Notes: generated by a model not told the origin, from the letters alone. Shown: positions 9,134-18,496, numbered from the stretch's first letter. The stretch is DNA of 64,000 nucleotides from an uncultured Chloroflexia bacterium (GCA_963724295.1 CAVRUC010000002.1:256001-320000), one strand, 5' to 3'. Program-made: numbers and translations.

Positions 9134-9248
9134 CGGTCCGACGGGGACAGATGGAACGCGGGCTAGCGGCAAGACGCGATCGACCTGCGACTGCTACTGT
9201 ACCGATACGGGACCAGAGGCGATCGAGAACATCACATAGGAGATTGGT

Positions 9249-11063
9249 TTGCGGGTCCGCATGACGATCCTTGCTGCCATTGCGCTGAGCCTGTTGTTAT
9301 CGCTGACCCTCGCTCCGCCGTTTACGCTGGCGCAAGATGCCACGCCGGTTCCAGTCGCCGGCTGCACTGCCGGCAGCAGCGGCATCGGTGATCCCTACTT
9401 TCCCTTGCTTGGGAACTCGGGCTACGACGTTCAGCACTACACCCTCGATCTTGACCTCGATGTCGCTGGTGGATTGATCGCCGCCGGACGCGCCACGATC
9501 GAGGCTGTCACCCTGCTCGACCTCTGTACGTTCAATCTCGATTTTCTTGGCCTGGAGATCGACGCTATCACGGTCGATGGGCAACCGGCGGCGTTTTCCC
9601 GGCACGGCGGCGAGCTCACGGTTCGACCCAACGCGCCGTTGGCAGCCGGCGGGCGCTTCACCACCGAGATTGCCTACCACGGTCGGCCGATCGGGCAGGA
9701 GGCGCCAACAGTCGTCACGCTTCTGGGCGACATCTTCGGCGCCATCCTGGGCGGCGGGGAGCAAAAGCCTGGACCGGAAGAAGGCGAGCAATACGGATCC
9801 GGGTGGTGGCGGGGTCGCGAGGAGATCTTCATCGCTGGCGAGCCGGCCGGCGCCGAATCGTGGTTCCCGGTCAATGGCCACCCGGCTGACAAGGCGACCT
9901 ACACCCTGCGCCTGACCGTTCCGGAACCGTATTCCGTGGTTTCCAACGGTATGTTGACCGAGACCAGTAGCACCGGAACCGGGACGACGACTGTCTGGGA
10001 ATCACGCAACCCAATGGCGAGCTATCTGGTGACGCTGCACGCCGGGAGACTGGCGATCGAGGTGCGCGAGGGGCCGCAGGGACTGCCGATCCGCACCGCC
10101 TTTGCCACCTCCGTTCCCCAGGCACAACGAGTCATGTTCGACCGCATGCCGGCGATGATCGACTATTTCGCATCGGTCTTCGGTCCCTATCCCTTCGAGT
10201 CGGCCGGTGGCACGGTCGTGGGGGCGCCGATTCCATTCGCGCTCGAAACCCAAACGCTGCCAATCTTTGGCGCGCTCCCACTAGTGGGCAGTTCCTCGCT
10301 CACCGGTGAAGAGTTGTCAGCTCTCGAGGCGTTGGTGGCCCACGAGCTCGCCCACCAATGGTTCGGCGACGCCGTCAGCCTGTTGCGCTGGCAAGACATC
10401 TGGCTGAACGAGGGCTTCGCGACCTACGCTCAGATCCTCTGGATCGAGCATACCCAAGGTGTGGTCGCCCGCAACCATCACGTAGCCAACGTCTACGCGT
10501 TCCATGCCGCGCTGAATCCGTTTCAGGATCCCGCCCAGCTCGCCTCCCTCAACGCCAGAGATGTCATCCAGGGCTATCGAACCTTCAGCCGTCGCTTCCT
10601 CGGAATCACCGTTGGCGAGCGGTTTGTGCGCGATTACCAGGGGGGGTTGGCAGCGGCCACGGAGGCGGACCTGGAGAACATCACCGGCGAGGAAGGACTG
10701 GCCCAACTCGCGGCGCTCGGCGTCACGGCGGACTATTTCCCCGGCCCTGACGCGCGCACCGGCGACCCCGGCCCAGGCGAGCTCTTCTCCCCTTCCATGG
10801 TTTACGAGCGCGGGGCGCTGACCCTCCACGCGCTGCGGCTGCACCTCGGCGACGAGGTGTTCTTCACCATTCTGCGAACCTGGATGGAGCGGTTCCACAA
10901 CGGGAACGCAACCACCGAAGACTTCATGGCCCTCGCCGAGGAAATAAGCGGCGAGCAACTCGACGACTTCTTCCAGTCCTGGCTCTTCGAGCCGGCCCTG
11001 CCAGACCTGCCTTCTGCACGCGACGCGGGTGCGGGGATGGCGACCCCGATCGTCGGCTCTTAG
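9249..11063 (+). CDS. Secreted M1 family metallo-aminopeptidase
   Basis: Signal peptide, GDPYFP..GN.GYDVQHY, ALETQT, HELAHQWFG..WLNEGFATY, VYERGA. Confidence 0.9.
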   Translation: MRVRMTILAAIALSLLLSLTLAPPFTLAQDATPVPVAGCTAGSSGIGDPYFPLLGNSGYDVQHYTLDLDLDVAGGLIAAGRATIEAVTLLDLCTFNLDFLGLEIDAITVDGQPAAFSRHGGELTVRPNAPLAAGGRFTTEIAYHGRPIGQEAPTVVTLLGDIFGAILGGGEQKPGPEEGEQYGSGWWRGREEIFIAGEPAGAESWFPVNGHPADKATYTLRLTVPEPYSVVSNGMLTETSSTGTGTTTVWESRNPMASYLVTLHAGRLAIEVREGPQGLPIRTAFATSVPQAQRVMFDRMPAMIDYFASVFGPYPFESAGGTVVGAPIPFALETQTLPIFGALPLVGSSSLTGEELSALEALVAHELAHQWFGDAVSLLRWQDIWLNEGFATYAQILWIEHTQGVVARNHHVANVYAFHAALNPFQDPAQLASLNARDVIQGYRTFSRRFLGITVGERFVRDYQGGLAAATEADLENITGEEGLAQLAALGVTADYFPGPDARTGDPGPGELFSPSMVYERGALTLHALRLHLGDEVFFTILRTWMERFHNGNATTEDFMALAEEISGEQLDDFFQSWLFEPALPDLPSARDAGAGMATPIVGS

Positions 11064-11295
11064 CTCGCGTATGACGCGTCCAGTGGGATATCACCAGCGG
11101 CCGGAGTGACACTGACGCAACTCGAGATCGATGAATCGCCGCCCTCTTGCGTCCAGATCATAAATCGCATACCGTGCATCCCGTTCAAGTACACCGTTTT
11201 CGAGGAGCGGTTCGCGTTCGCGAGGGGATGACCCGCGCCGTCCTGCGCCACGCATCTGTTCGTCGATAAGGGAACTCAACGACAAGGAGAACGAC

Positions 11296-12675
11296 ATGGC
11301 GACAACGCTCGAAAAGCCCGGTTCTTTCTCGTCTCTCCCCTGGAACTCGCTCGACGTCGCGATCGGTGGCGACCTGCTGCTTCCGGATGACGCTCGCTAC
11401 GAAGCAGCCCGCCAGGTCTGGAACGGGATGATCGACCGCCGTCCGGCGGCCATCGCTCGCGCTCGGACGACTGATGACGTCGTGGCGGCGGTGCGCTTCG
11501 CCCGCGAACATGGGCTCGAGGTCGCGGTTCGCGGCGGTGGGCACAGTGCGGCTGGTCTGGCCGTCGTCGACAACGGTCTGGTGATCGACCTGACCGAGAT
11601 GAACCAGGTGCAGGTCGACCCGGAGCGGCGTGTCGCCCGCGCCGGTGGCGGCGCCACCTGGAGGGACTTCGACGCCGCGACCCAGGCCCATGGCCTGGCG
11701 ACTACCGGCGGTGTGATCTCCACGACCGGGGTCGGCGGTCTCACCCTCGGCGGCGGCCTGGGCGTCCTGATGCGCTCGCGCGGTCTGGCCTGTGACAACC
11801 TAATCGGAGCGGAGGTCGTGCTCGCCGACGGGTCCGTCGTGCGCACCAGCGAGACGGAGTGGCCCGAGTTGCTCTGGGGTCTGCGCGGTGGCGGCGGTAA
11901 CTTCGGCGTCGTCACCGAGCTCGAATTCCGGCTCTATCCGCTGGACGACATGTACGCTGGACTGATCATCTATCCCCGGGTTCGCGGGGTCGAGGCGCTG
12001 CAGACCTATCGGGACCACACCGCTGTCGCGCCAGATGAGTTGAACACATTTATCGCGTTACTGAACACACCGGATGGCGTCCCGGTCGTGGCCTTCATCC
12101 CGGCGTTCGCCGGTGATGTCGCCGCGGGCGAAGCCGCCGTTGCCGGGTACCGGGCGATGGGCGAGCCGATCGCCGACCTGGTTGGTCCCATGCCTTACGT
12201 GGCTCTGCAACAGATGCTCGATGACGGATTCCAAGCGGGGCCTCACGTCTACTGGCGATCCCATTTCATCACCGGACTCCCCGACGAGGCGATCGACATC
12301 CTGGTTGCGGGGGCTAATGCGGCGCCCTCGCCCATGAGCAGCGTGTTGATCGAGCATCTGGGCGGCGCCGTAGCGCGGGTGGGGAAAGATGAGACCGCCT
12401 TCGATCATCGCGATGCCGAGTACAACTTCGCGGTCATCGCGGTGTGGACCGATCCAGCGGAGGCAGAGGCGAACATCGCCTGGGCACGCGAGCTGTGGAA
12501 TGCGATGCAGCCCTATGCCCGCGGCGTCTACGTGAACTACCTCGGGGTCGGCGACGACACGGACCGGGTGCGGGCGGCCTACGGGCCCGAGAAGTACGCC
12601 CGATTGGCCGCGTTGAAGCGAGAGGTTGACCCGGGGAACCTCTTCCGTCGCAATCAAAACATCCCGCCAGCGTAG
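11296..12675 (+). CDS. FAD-binding oxidoreductase (VAO/BBE type)
   Basis: VRGGGHS covalent-FAD motif, GLRGGGGNFGVVT, YVNY...LKREVDPGNLF. Confidence 0.92.
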   Translation: MATTLEKPGSFSSLPWNSLDVAIGGDLLLPDDARYEAARQVWNGMIDRRPAAIARARTTDDVVAAVRFAREHGLEVAVRGGGHSAAGLAVVDNGLVIDLTEMNQVQVDPERRVARAGGGATWRDFDAATQAHGLATTGGVISTTGVGGLTLGGGLGVLMRSRGLACDNLIGAEVVLADGSVVRTSETEWPELLWGLRGGGGNFGVVTELEFRLYPLDDMYAGLIIYPRVRGVEALQTYRDHTAVAPDELNTFIALLNTPDGVPVVAFIPAFAGDVAAGEAAVAGYRAMGEPIADLVGPMPYVALQQMLDDGFQAGPHVYWRSHFITGLPDEAIDILVAGANAAPSPMSSVLIEHLGGAVARVGKDETAFDHRDAEYNFAVIAVWTDPAEAEANIAWARELWNAMQPYARGVYVNYLGVGDDTDRVRAAYGPEKYARLAALKREVDPGNLFRRNQNIPPA

Positions 12676-12682
12676 GGAAATA

Positions 12683-12712
12683 GAGAGGCGCGGCAGCCAT
12701 GCCGCGCCTCTC
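12683..12712 (+). terminator. GC-rich hairpin after the FAD oxidoreductase
   Basis: GAGAGGCGCGGC-agccat-GCCGCGCCTCTC perfect 12-bp stem; weak U tract. Confidence 0.55.
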
Positions 12713-12718
12713 CGGAGT

Positions 12719-12748
12719 TTGACATTCCCCGCAAATCTCGGCTATTCT
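12719..12748 (+). promoter_or_regulatory. Sigma70-type promoter of the T-box/tRNA/leuS transcript
   Basis: TTGACA-18nt-TATTCT, a few nt before T-box Stem I. Confidence 0.8.
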
Positions 12749-12939
12749 CGTCAGGCTGTGACCGGGAGTAGTAGACCCCACTTGCCAGCGAGCCGCCGGG
12801 TGGTGCAAGGCGGCAACCGGGGTCGAACTCGCCCGTGAGCCGTGACGGTGAACCGGGGATTTGTCGTTCCCATGAGTCGTCACCGGGTTGCCTCCGTTAG
12901 CGGGCCTCAGAGTGGATCGTAACCGCGCCGGGTCGCCCT

Positions 12940-13015
12940 GGGGCTGTAGCTCATCCGGGAGAGCGCAACACTGGCAGTGTTGAGGTAAGGGGTTCGAGTC
13001 CCCTCAGCTCCACCA
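12940..13015 (+). tRNA. tRNA-Ala(GGC), CCA encoded, inside the T-box leader
   Basis: Acceptor GGGGCTG/CAGCTCC with G3:U70, D-arm GCTC/GAGC, anticodon arm CAACA-CTGGCAG-TGTTG, T-arm AGGGG-TTCGAGT-CCCCT, A73, CCA; 76 nt. Confidence 0.97.
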
Positions 13016-13061
13016 GGACCCGCCGGCAACGATCAACCAGGGTGGTACCGCGGAGGCGCAC

Positions 13062-13097
13062 AAGCCTTTCGTCCCTGACCGGGACGAGAGGCTTTTT
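13062..13097 (+). terminator. T-box intrinsic terminator
   Basis: AAGCCTTTCGTCCC-tgacc-GGGACGAGAGGCTT-TTT; overlaps antiterminator 3' strand CGTCCCTG. Confidence 0.9.
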
Positions 13098-13125
13098 GTA
13101 TTTCAGACCAGGACGGGGAAGCGAC

Positions 13126-15681
13126 ATGGCGACGACAACCGAAACTCCAACGCGCACGACGCCCACATCGTCCATTTCGCCCGTGCACGCGGAACGTTAC
13201 GATCCCGCCGTAATCGAGGAGAAGTGGCGCGAGCGCTGGGAGCGCGACGATCTCTACCGGGTCGACGACGATGCCCCGGGCGAGAAGTGGTACTCGCTGA
13301 CAATGTATCCGTATCCCTCCGGCGTTCTCCACATCGGGCATTGGTATGCCTTCGCCATCCCCGATGTCTACGCCCGCCTGCAGCGCATGCGCGGCTACAA
13401 CGTCCTCTTCCCGATGGGGTTCGATGCCTTCGGCCTGCCCGCGGAGAATGCCGCGATCCGCCACGGCATCCATCCCGCCATCTGGACCTTCGAGAACATC
13501 GCCGCCATGCGCCAGCAGTATCGCCAGATGGGAGCCATGATCGACTGGAGCCGGGAGATCGCCAGCTGCACTCCCGACTTCTACCGCTGGAATCAGTGGC
13601 TCTTCCTGCAGATGCTGGAGCGGGGGCTGGCTTACCGGGCCAAGGGCGCGGTCTGGTGGTGTCCGCAGGACCAGACGGTGCTCGCCAACGAGCAGGTGCT
13701 GGAAGGCAACATCTGCGAGCGCTGCGGGACAGAGGTCTTCAAGCGTGACCTCGAGCAGTGGTACTTCCGCATCACCGATTACGCCGAAGAGCTGTTGCAC
13801 GACACCGAGGCACTCGACTGGCCGGAACGCGTGAAGACGATGCAGCGCAACTGGATCGGCCGCTCCGAGGGAGCGCGTCTGCGCTTCATGCTGGAGACTC
13901 CCCCCTCCAGTGGAGGGGGGCTTGGGGGGGAGGCCGGGGATGGGCTGGAGGTCTTCACCACCCGCCCGGACACTGTCTGGGGCGCGACCTTCATGGTGAT
14001 GGCGCCCGAGCATCCGCTGGTGGCCAAGATCACCACCCCCGAGCGGCAGGCAGACGTCGACGCCTACATCGAGCAGGCGCGCCGGCAGACCGAGATCGAA
14101 CGCATGTCGACCGACGAGGCCCGGGCGCGGACCGGGGTCTTTACCGGCGGCTACGCCGTCAACCCCGTCACTGATGAGCGCATCCCGGTCTGGATCGCCG
14201 ACTACGTGCTGATGGGCTACGGCACCGGGGCAATCATGGCGGTGCCCTTCGGTGACCAACGCGACTTCGAGTTCGCCCGCGCCTTCGATCTGCCGATCCG
14301 GGCCATCGTCCGTCCGGAAAGCGGCGATGAGTTGGACCCAACCACCATGACCGAGGCCTACGACGGCCCCGGCGTGCTAGTCGACTCCGGACCGATGACC
14401 GGCAAGCGGGTACCAGAGGAGTTGCCGGAGGTCATTCGCTGGCTGGAAGAGACCGGCCGCGGCAAGGCGGAGGTGACCTACCGTCTGCGCGACTGGCTGA
14501 TCTCCCGCCAGCGCTACTGGGGCACGCCGATCCCGGTGATCTACTGCGACGATTGCGGCATGGTTCCGGTGCCGGAGAACCAGCTGCCGGTGGAGCTCCC
14601 GCTGGACGCCGCGTTCACCCCCACCGGGCAGTCGCCGCTGGTGACGCACGAGGAGTTCCTCAACACGACCTGTCCGCGCTGCGGCGGCGCCGCGCGGCGC
14701 GAGACCGACACCATGGACACATTCGTCGATTCGTCCTGGTACTGGTTCCGCTACACCTCCCCGCGGGAGGAGGACGGACCATTCGACCCGGAGACAGCCG
14801 AGCGCTGGACGCCGGTCGACCTCTATTGCGGTGGTATCGAACACGCCATCCTGCACCTGCTCTACGCTCGCTTCTTCACCAAGGTGATCCGCGACCTGGG
14901 TCTGATCGAGCACGGGGAGCCATTCCTGCGCCTGCGCAACCAGGGCATGATCCTGGCCGAAGAGGGGACCAAGATGAGCAAGAGCCGGGGCACGCAGATC
15001 GCCCCGGACGAGCTGGTCGCCCAGCACGGCGCGGACGCCCTGCGGCTGCACCTGATGTACCTGGGTCCCTGGGACCAGGGTGGTCCCTGGAACTCGCGCG
15101 GGATCGCCGGCATGGAGCGCTTCATCCGGCGTGCCTATGGACTGGTGACGGAGACCGGGGACGGGCCGTTCGACCAGCCGCTATCGGAGTCGGAGATCGC
15201 ACCGTTGCGCCGGCTGCGCGCGAAGACGATCCGGCGCGTGACGACCGACCTGGACGAGTTTCAGTTCAACACCATGGTCGCCGCCTTGATCGAGTATGTG
15301 AACGAGCTGATGAAGCTGCGCGAGACCGCGCTGATCCATACCCCGGAGTGGCGAGAGGCACTGGAGACGCTCGTCCTGCTGATGGCGCCCAGCACCCCCT
15401 ACGTCGCCGAGGAGCTGTGGGAGCGTCTGGGGATGCCCTATTCGGTGCATCATCAGTCGTGGCCGGAGTACGAGTTCGCGCTGACCCAGGACGACGCCGT
15501 CGAAGTCGTGGTGCAGGTCAACGGCAAGGTGCGCGACCGGCTGCTGCTGCCGGTCGATCTGCCCGAAGACGTCGCCCGAGCACGCGTCATGGCCCAACCG
15601 AAGATTGCCGAGGCGATTGCCAGCCGCGAGCCGCGCAAAGTGATCTACGTACCGGGGCGATTAATCAACATCGTGGTGTAG
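13126..15681 (+). CDS. leuS: Leucine--tRNA ligase
   Basis: MYPYPSG.LHIGH, DWPERVKTMQRNWIG, FTTRPDT, RLRDWLISRQRYWG, KMSKS, VQVNGKVR. Confidence 0.98.
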   Translation: MATTTETPTRTTPTSSISPVHAERYDPAVIEEKWRERWERDDLYRVDDDAPGEKWYSLTMYPYPSGVLHIGHWYAFAIPDVYARLQRMRGYNVLFPMGFDAFGLPAENAAIRHGIHPAIWTFENIAAMRQQYRQMGAMIDWSREIASCTPDFYRWNQWLFLQMLERGLAYRAKGAVWWCPQDQTVLANEQVLEGNICERCGTEVFKRDLEQWYFRITDYAEELLHDTEALDWPERVKTMQRNWIGRSEGARLRFMLETPPSSGGGLGGEAGDGLEVFTTRPDTVWGATFMVMAPEHPLVAKITTPERQADVDAYIEQARRQTEIERMSTDEARARTGVFTGGYAVNPVTDERIPVWIADYVLMGYGTGAIMAVPFGDQRDFEFARAFDLPIRAIVRPESGDELDPTTMTEAYDGPGVLVDSGPMTGKRVPEELPEVIRWLEETGRGKAEVTYRLRDWLISRQRYWGTPIPVIYCDDCGMVPVPENQLPVELPLDAAFTPTGQSPLVTHEEFLNTTCPRCGGAARRETDTMDTFVDSSWYWFRYTSPREEDGPFDPETAERWTPVDLYCGGIEHAILHLLYARFFTKVIRDLGLIEHGEPFLRLRNQGMILAEEGTKMSKSRGTQIAPDELVAQHGADALRLHLMYLGPWDQGGPWNSRGIAGMERFIRRAYGLVTETGDGPFDQPLSESEIAPLRRLRAKTIRRVTTDLDEFQFNTMVAALIEYVNELMKLRETALIHTPEWREALETLVLLMAPSTPYVAEELWERLGMPYSVHHQSWPEYEFALTQDDAVEVVVQVNGKVRDRLLLPVDLPEDVARARVMAQPKIAEAIASREPRKVIYVPGRLINIVV
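13897..13945. repeat. Palindromic repeat element inserted in frame in leuS
   Basis: CCCCCCTCCA-G-TGGAGGGGGG-CTTGGGGGGGAGG encoding TPPSSGGGLGGE; resembles the 63836-63990 element. Confidence 0.65.
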
Positions 15682-15772
15682 CGGCGAGGAGTTTTTGAGG
15701 CCAGAGGCCGCGAGGCTGTGGCGGGGTATGTATGATACCTGCCGGACACGTATCACTGATGGAACTGTTCAG

Positions 15773-16033
15773 ATGAGCCAGATACACCTTGAAGTCGAAG
15801 AGGACGTCGCGGAGTTGCTCGGAAGCTCACCGGAGCAGATTGAACGGAGTGCTCTCGAAATGATCGTCCTGGAGCTCTATCGACGACGCGAGCTCTCGGC
15901 GGGTCGCGCTGGCGAGCTTCTTGGAATCGACCGGTTCGCATTCATTCGTTGGTCCGGAGCACTCGGCATCCCGTATCTGGATATGACTCATGAGGAGTGG
16001 CAACAAGAGCTTCGCGTGCTCGAGAAACTGTGA
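15773..16033 (+). CDS. UPF0175 family antitoxin
   Basis: LELYRRRELSAGRAGELLGIDRFAFI..GIPY; GTGA overlap with next gene. Confidence 0.85.
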   Translation: MSQIHLEVEEDVAELLGSSPEQIERSALEMIVLELYRRRELSAGRAGELLGIDRFAFIRWSGALGIPYLDMTHEEWQQELRVLEKL

Positions 16034-16497
16034 CGGCTGGCATCGCGCTCACTGACTCGAGCCCGCTCATCATTTCTTGTCAGATTGGACGCCTGGAACT
16101 GCTGCAAACCCTGTTTGATGCTGTCGTCGCTCCACCCGCTGTCACTCAAGAGATCGCGCCGTCGCTCGGTGCACTGCCGGCATGGATACATGAGCGTCAC
16201 TTCACGACGATTCCGGATCTGGTGATGTCTCTGGATGCCGGCGAGCGTGAAGCAACCGCTTTGGCGCTTCACGTTTCCGCCGACGTTATCGTTCTGGATG
16301 ACCTCGATGGTCGGCGGAGAGCCGCACAGTTCGGATTGGACGTGATCGGATCGGCTGGGATCCTGCTTCAAGCGCGTCGTCGCGGGCTCATTGACGCTGT
16401 TCGGCCGGAGCTGGATGCGATGATCACCAATGGATTCTATGTCAGTGGACAGCTCTATCACGAAGTCCTAGCGGCTGCCGGCGAAGAGGATTCATGA
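16030..16497 (+). CDS. DUF3368 / PIN-domain toxin-like protein
   Basis: DSSPLI..IGRLELL, PPAV..EI, LDAGEREA..LA, LDD..GRR.A, VIGS.GIL. Confidence 0.85.
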   Translation: MTAGIALTDSSPLIISCQIGRLELLQTLFDAVVAPPAVTQEIAPSLGALPAWIHERHFTTIPDLVMSLDAGEREATALALHVSADVIVLDDLDGRRRAAQFGLDVIGSAGILLQARRRGLIDAVRPELDAMITNGFYVSGQLYHEVLAAAGEEDS

Positions 16498-16498
16498 G

Positions 16499-17488
16499 AT
16501 GACTGGTGATGCCCCGGTCAGGGCCGATTCACTGGTCGCTGATGAGAAATTCCTCGCTTCGAGGAGGGATGCCATGCGGGAAATCCGCCAGCAGGGTCCG
16601 TATCACTACGTCTTCAGCCGCTACGTCGACCCCATCGCCACGGTCCAGCCAGGCGAGACGGTGGCGATCTACACCGACGACGCGTTCGAGAGCCAGATCA
16701 CGCAACCGAACGACACGCCCTCGGAGATCCTGGGCGCCTATCTCAACCCGCAGACTGGTCCAATCTACGTCGAGGGCGCGGACCCGGGCGATACCCTGGC
16801 CGTGAGAATCGAAAACATCGAGCCAACGCGCGATTGGGCGGTCAGCGTCTTCGTCCCCTTCTTCGGCGGTCTCACCAGCACCAAGCTGACCCGCATGCTG
16901 CAAGACCCGCTGCCGGAAAAAGTCTGGCTGTACCAGCTCGCGGATGGCTGGCTCACCCATAACGAGCGGCTACGCTTCCCCTGGCGGCCGTTCATGGGAA
17001 CCATCGGCACGGCACCCGAGCTGGAGGCGCTCTCGGCGCTGACTCCGTTCGACCACGGGGGGAATATGGACGTGCCGGACATCAAACCCGGCAACACCGT
17101 CTACCTGCCGGTGCGCGTGCCCGGGGCCTTCTTTTTCACCGGTGATTGCCATGCAGGTCAGGGGCAGGGCGAGCTCTGCGGCGTCGCGCTGGAGATCTCC
17201 GCCCGGGTGACGTTGACCTTCGACCTGATCAAGCAGCGGCCGATCGCCTGGCCGCGCATCGAGAGCCCGGACGAACTGATGACCGTCGGCAGCGCTCGTC
17301 CCATGGAGGACGCCGCCCGCATCGCCTACACCGAGCTCATCGAGTGGATGATCGAGCTTGGCTGGGACCGCCTCGAGGCCTACGAGGCGCTCACCCAGAT
17401 CGGCGATCTCTACGTCGGCAACATGGTCGACACCTATTACTCCCTCGTCGCCAAGATTCGCAAGGAATACGCGATCATTGGTGGGTGA
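16499..17488 (+). CDS. Acetamidase/formamidase family protein
   Basis: NPQTGPIYVEGA.PGDTL, PFMGTIGTAP, HGGNMD, GDCHAGQGQGE. Confidence 0.9.
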   Translation: MTGDAPVRADSLVADEKFLASRRDAMREIRQQGPYHYVFSRYVDPIATVQPGETVAIYTDDAFESQITQPNDTPSEILGAYLNPQTGPIYVEGADPGDTLAVRIENIEPTRDWAVSVFVPFFGGLTSTKLTRMLQDPLPEKVWLYQLADGWLTHNERLRFPWRPFMGTIGTAPELEALSALTPFDHGGNMDVPDIKPGNTVYLPVRVPGAFFFTGDCHAGQGQGELCGVALEISARVTLTFDLIKQRPIAWPRIESPDELMTVGSARPMEDAARIAYTELIEWMIELGWDRLEAYEALTQIGDLYVGNMVDTYYSLVAKIRKEYAIIGG

Positions 17489-17509
17489 TGGGTGATTGGA
17501 CGAGGGGCA

Positions 17510-17878
17510 ATGACAGATCCAGTGATAGCCGAACAGGATGAGGTCATTGCCTGCCTCCTGTCCGAGCGGGAGTACGCGATTCGGGGCGAGGAGATCGCGG
17601 GCGGCCTCTTCGCCGCGGTCGAAGAAGTCGCCGAGCTACCGGATGGCTACGGGTACCGCTTCTCGGGAGATGGCAGCTAGCTCGGGCCACTGCTGGCGTT
17701 CATTGCAGCTGAGCGCCGCTGCTGTCCGTTCTTGACCTTCGAGATCGCCTTCAAGCCGTATGGCGGACCGCTGTGGCTGCGGATGCGTGGCTCGCCGCGG
17801 GTGAAAGCGTTCATTGCGGAGGCGTTCAATGCCCGGGTTGCGGGTCCCGCTCCAATGGGCACGAGCCACGTGCCGTGA
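17510..17878 (+). pseudogene. Small Cys-motif protein (IAC...ERRCCPFLTF) interrupted by in-frame TAG at 17678
   Basis: Same frame continues past TAG with LGPLLAFIAAERRCCPFLTFEI..GPLWLRMRG to TGA 17876. Confidence 0.75.
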
Positions 17879-18004
17879 TCGGCCAAACGGGACACGAGTC
17901 GCCAGGACCGCGCTCGCCGGGGTGTGGATCCCTGTAGAATCCCGCATTGACCGGTAATCAGACCATCAGCTTTCCTTTACCAGCATGAACCCGTCCGGGA
18001 AGAG

Positions 18005-18454
18005 ATGTCGGAGGCGCACATGGACAACGAGCCCCACGACCGCAAGCCGCGTGCTCACGGACCGGGTGGCAGGCCATACCCTCTCCACAAGGTGGCCGCG
18101 GCCATGCCCCGCGACATGACGGACGGGGTGGTCACCGCGCTGGAAGCGGCCGGCTTCGCCCGGGACCGGATCGAGGTGGTGACGGGGGAGGATGTGTCCG
18201 ACCTCGACCAGCCGATTGGCGGGTCCGGCATTCGCGGGTTCCTGACCCGGTTCAGTCTCAGCCTGGGTGACGACCTCGACGAGATCGAGCAGGCGCGGAG
18301 CGAGCTCACCTATGGCCACGCGTTGGTCCTGGTGATGGTCGACGGGATGGACGAGCAGCAGCGGGCGCACGACGTCCTGCACGAGCACGGCGGCCACTCC
18401 ATACGCTACTTTGGACGGTGGGCCATTACCAGCTACGACGGCGACGCCCATTGA
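18005..18454 (+). CDS. Hypothetical protein
   Basis: GC3-rich ORF; ALEAAGFARDRIEV...HGGHSIRYFGRW. Confidence 0.75.
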   Translation: MSEAHMDNEPHDRKPRAHGPGGRPYPLHKVAAAMPRDMTDGVVTALEAAGFARDRIEVVTGEDVSDLDQPIGGSGIRGFLTRFSLSLGDDLDEIEQARSELTYGHALVLVMVDGMDEQQRAHDVLHEHGGHSIRYFGRWAITSYDGDAH

Positions 18455-18496
18455 TAGCGTCGTCTGATCAATCGGCTGGGGAGAACACGGACCACT

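Larger units (their letters stand above)
12754..13097 (+). ncRNA. T-box riboswitch, Leu (CUC) specifier, transcriptional type
   Basis: Stem I 12754-12841 (AGTA, AGCGAG, GGTGCAA, GAA-CTC-G), Stem II GTGACG/CGTCAC, CCGTTA, T-box AGGGTGGTACCGCG 13039-13052, terminator; upstream of leuS. Confidence 0.95.

Noticed and set aside
12940..13015. tRNA as an integration site or remnant of a genomic island
   Set aside because: No integrase or duplicated tRNA 3' end in the window, and the flanks are T-box elements
13042..13125. leuS start at 13042 as in the ORF track
   Set aside because: Lies within the T-box antiterminator and terminator; ATG 13126 fits better
13033..14259. Long antisense ORFs (also 6570-7586, 17966-19276, 43614-45065, 47792-48931, 59712-61361)
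   Set aside because: Shadow frames of well-supported genes in high-GC DNA, with no recognisable motifs
17678..17680. Pyrrolysine readthrough
   Set aside because: No pyl genes visible and not a methyltransferase; a point change is simpler
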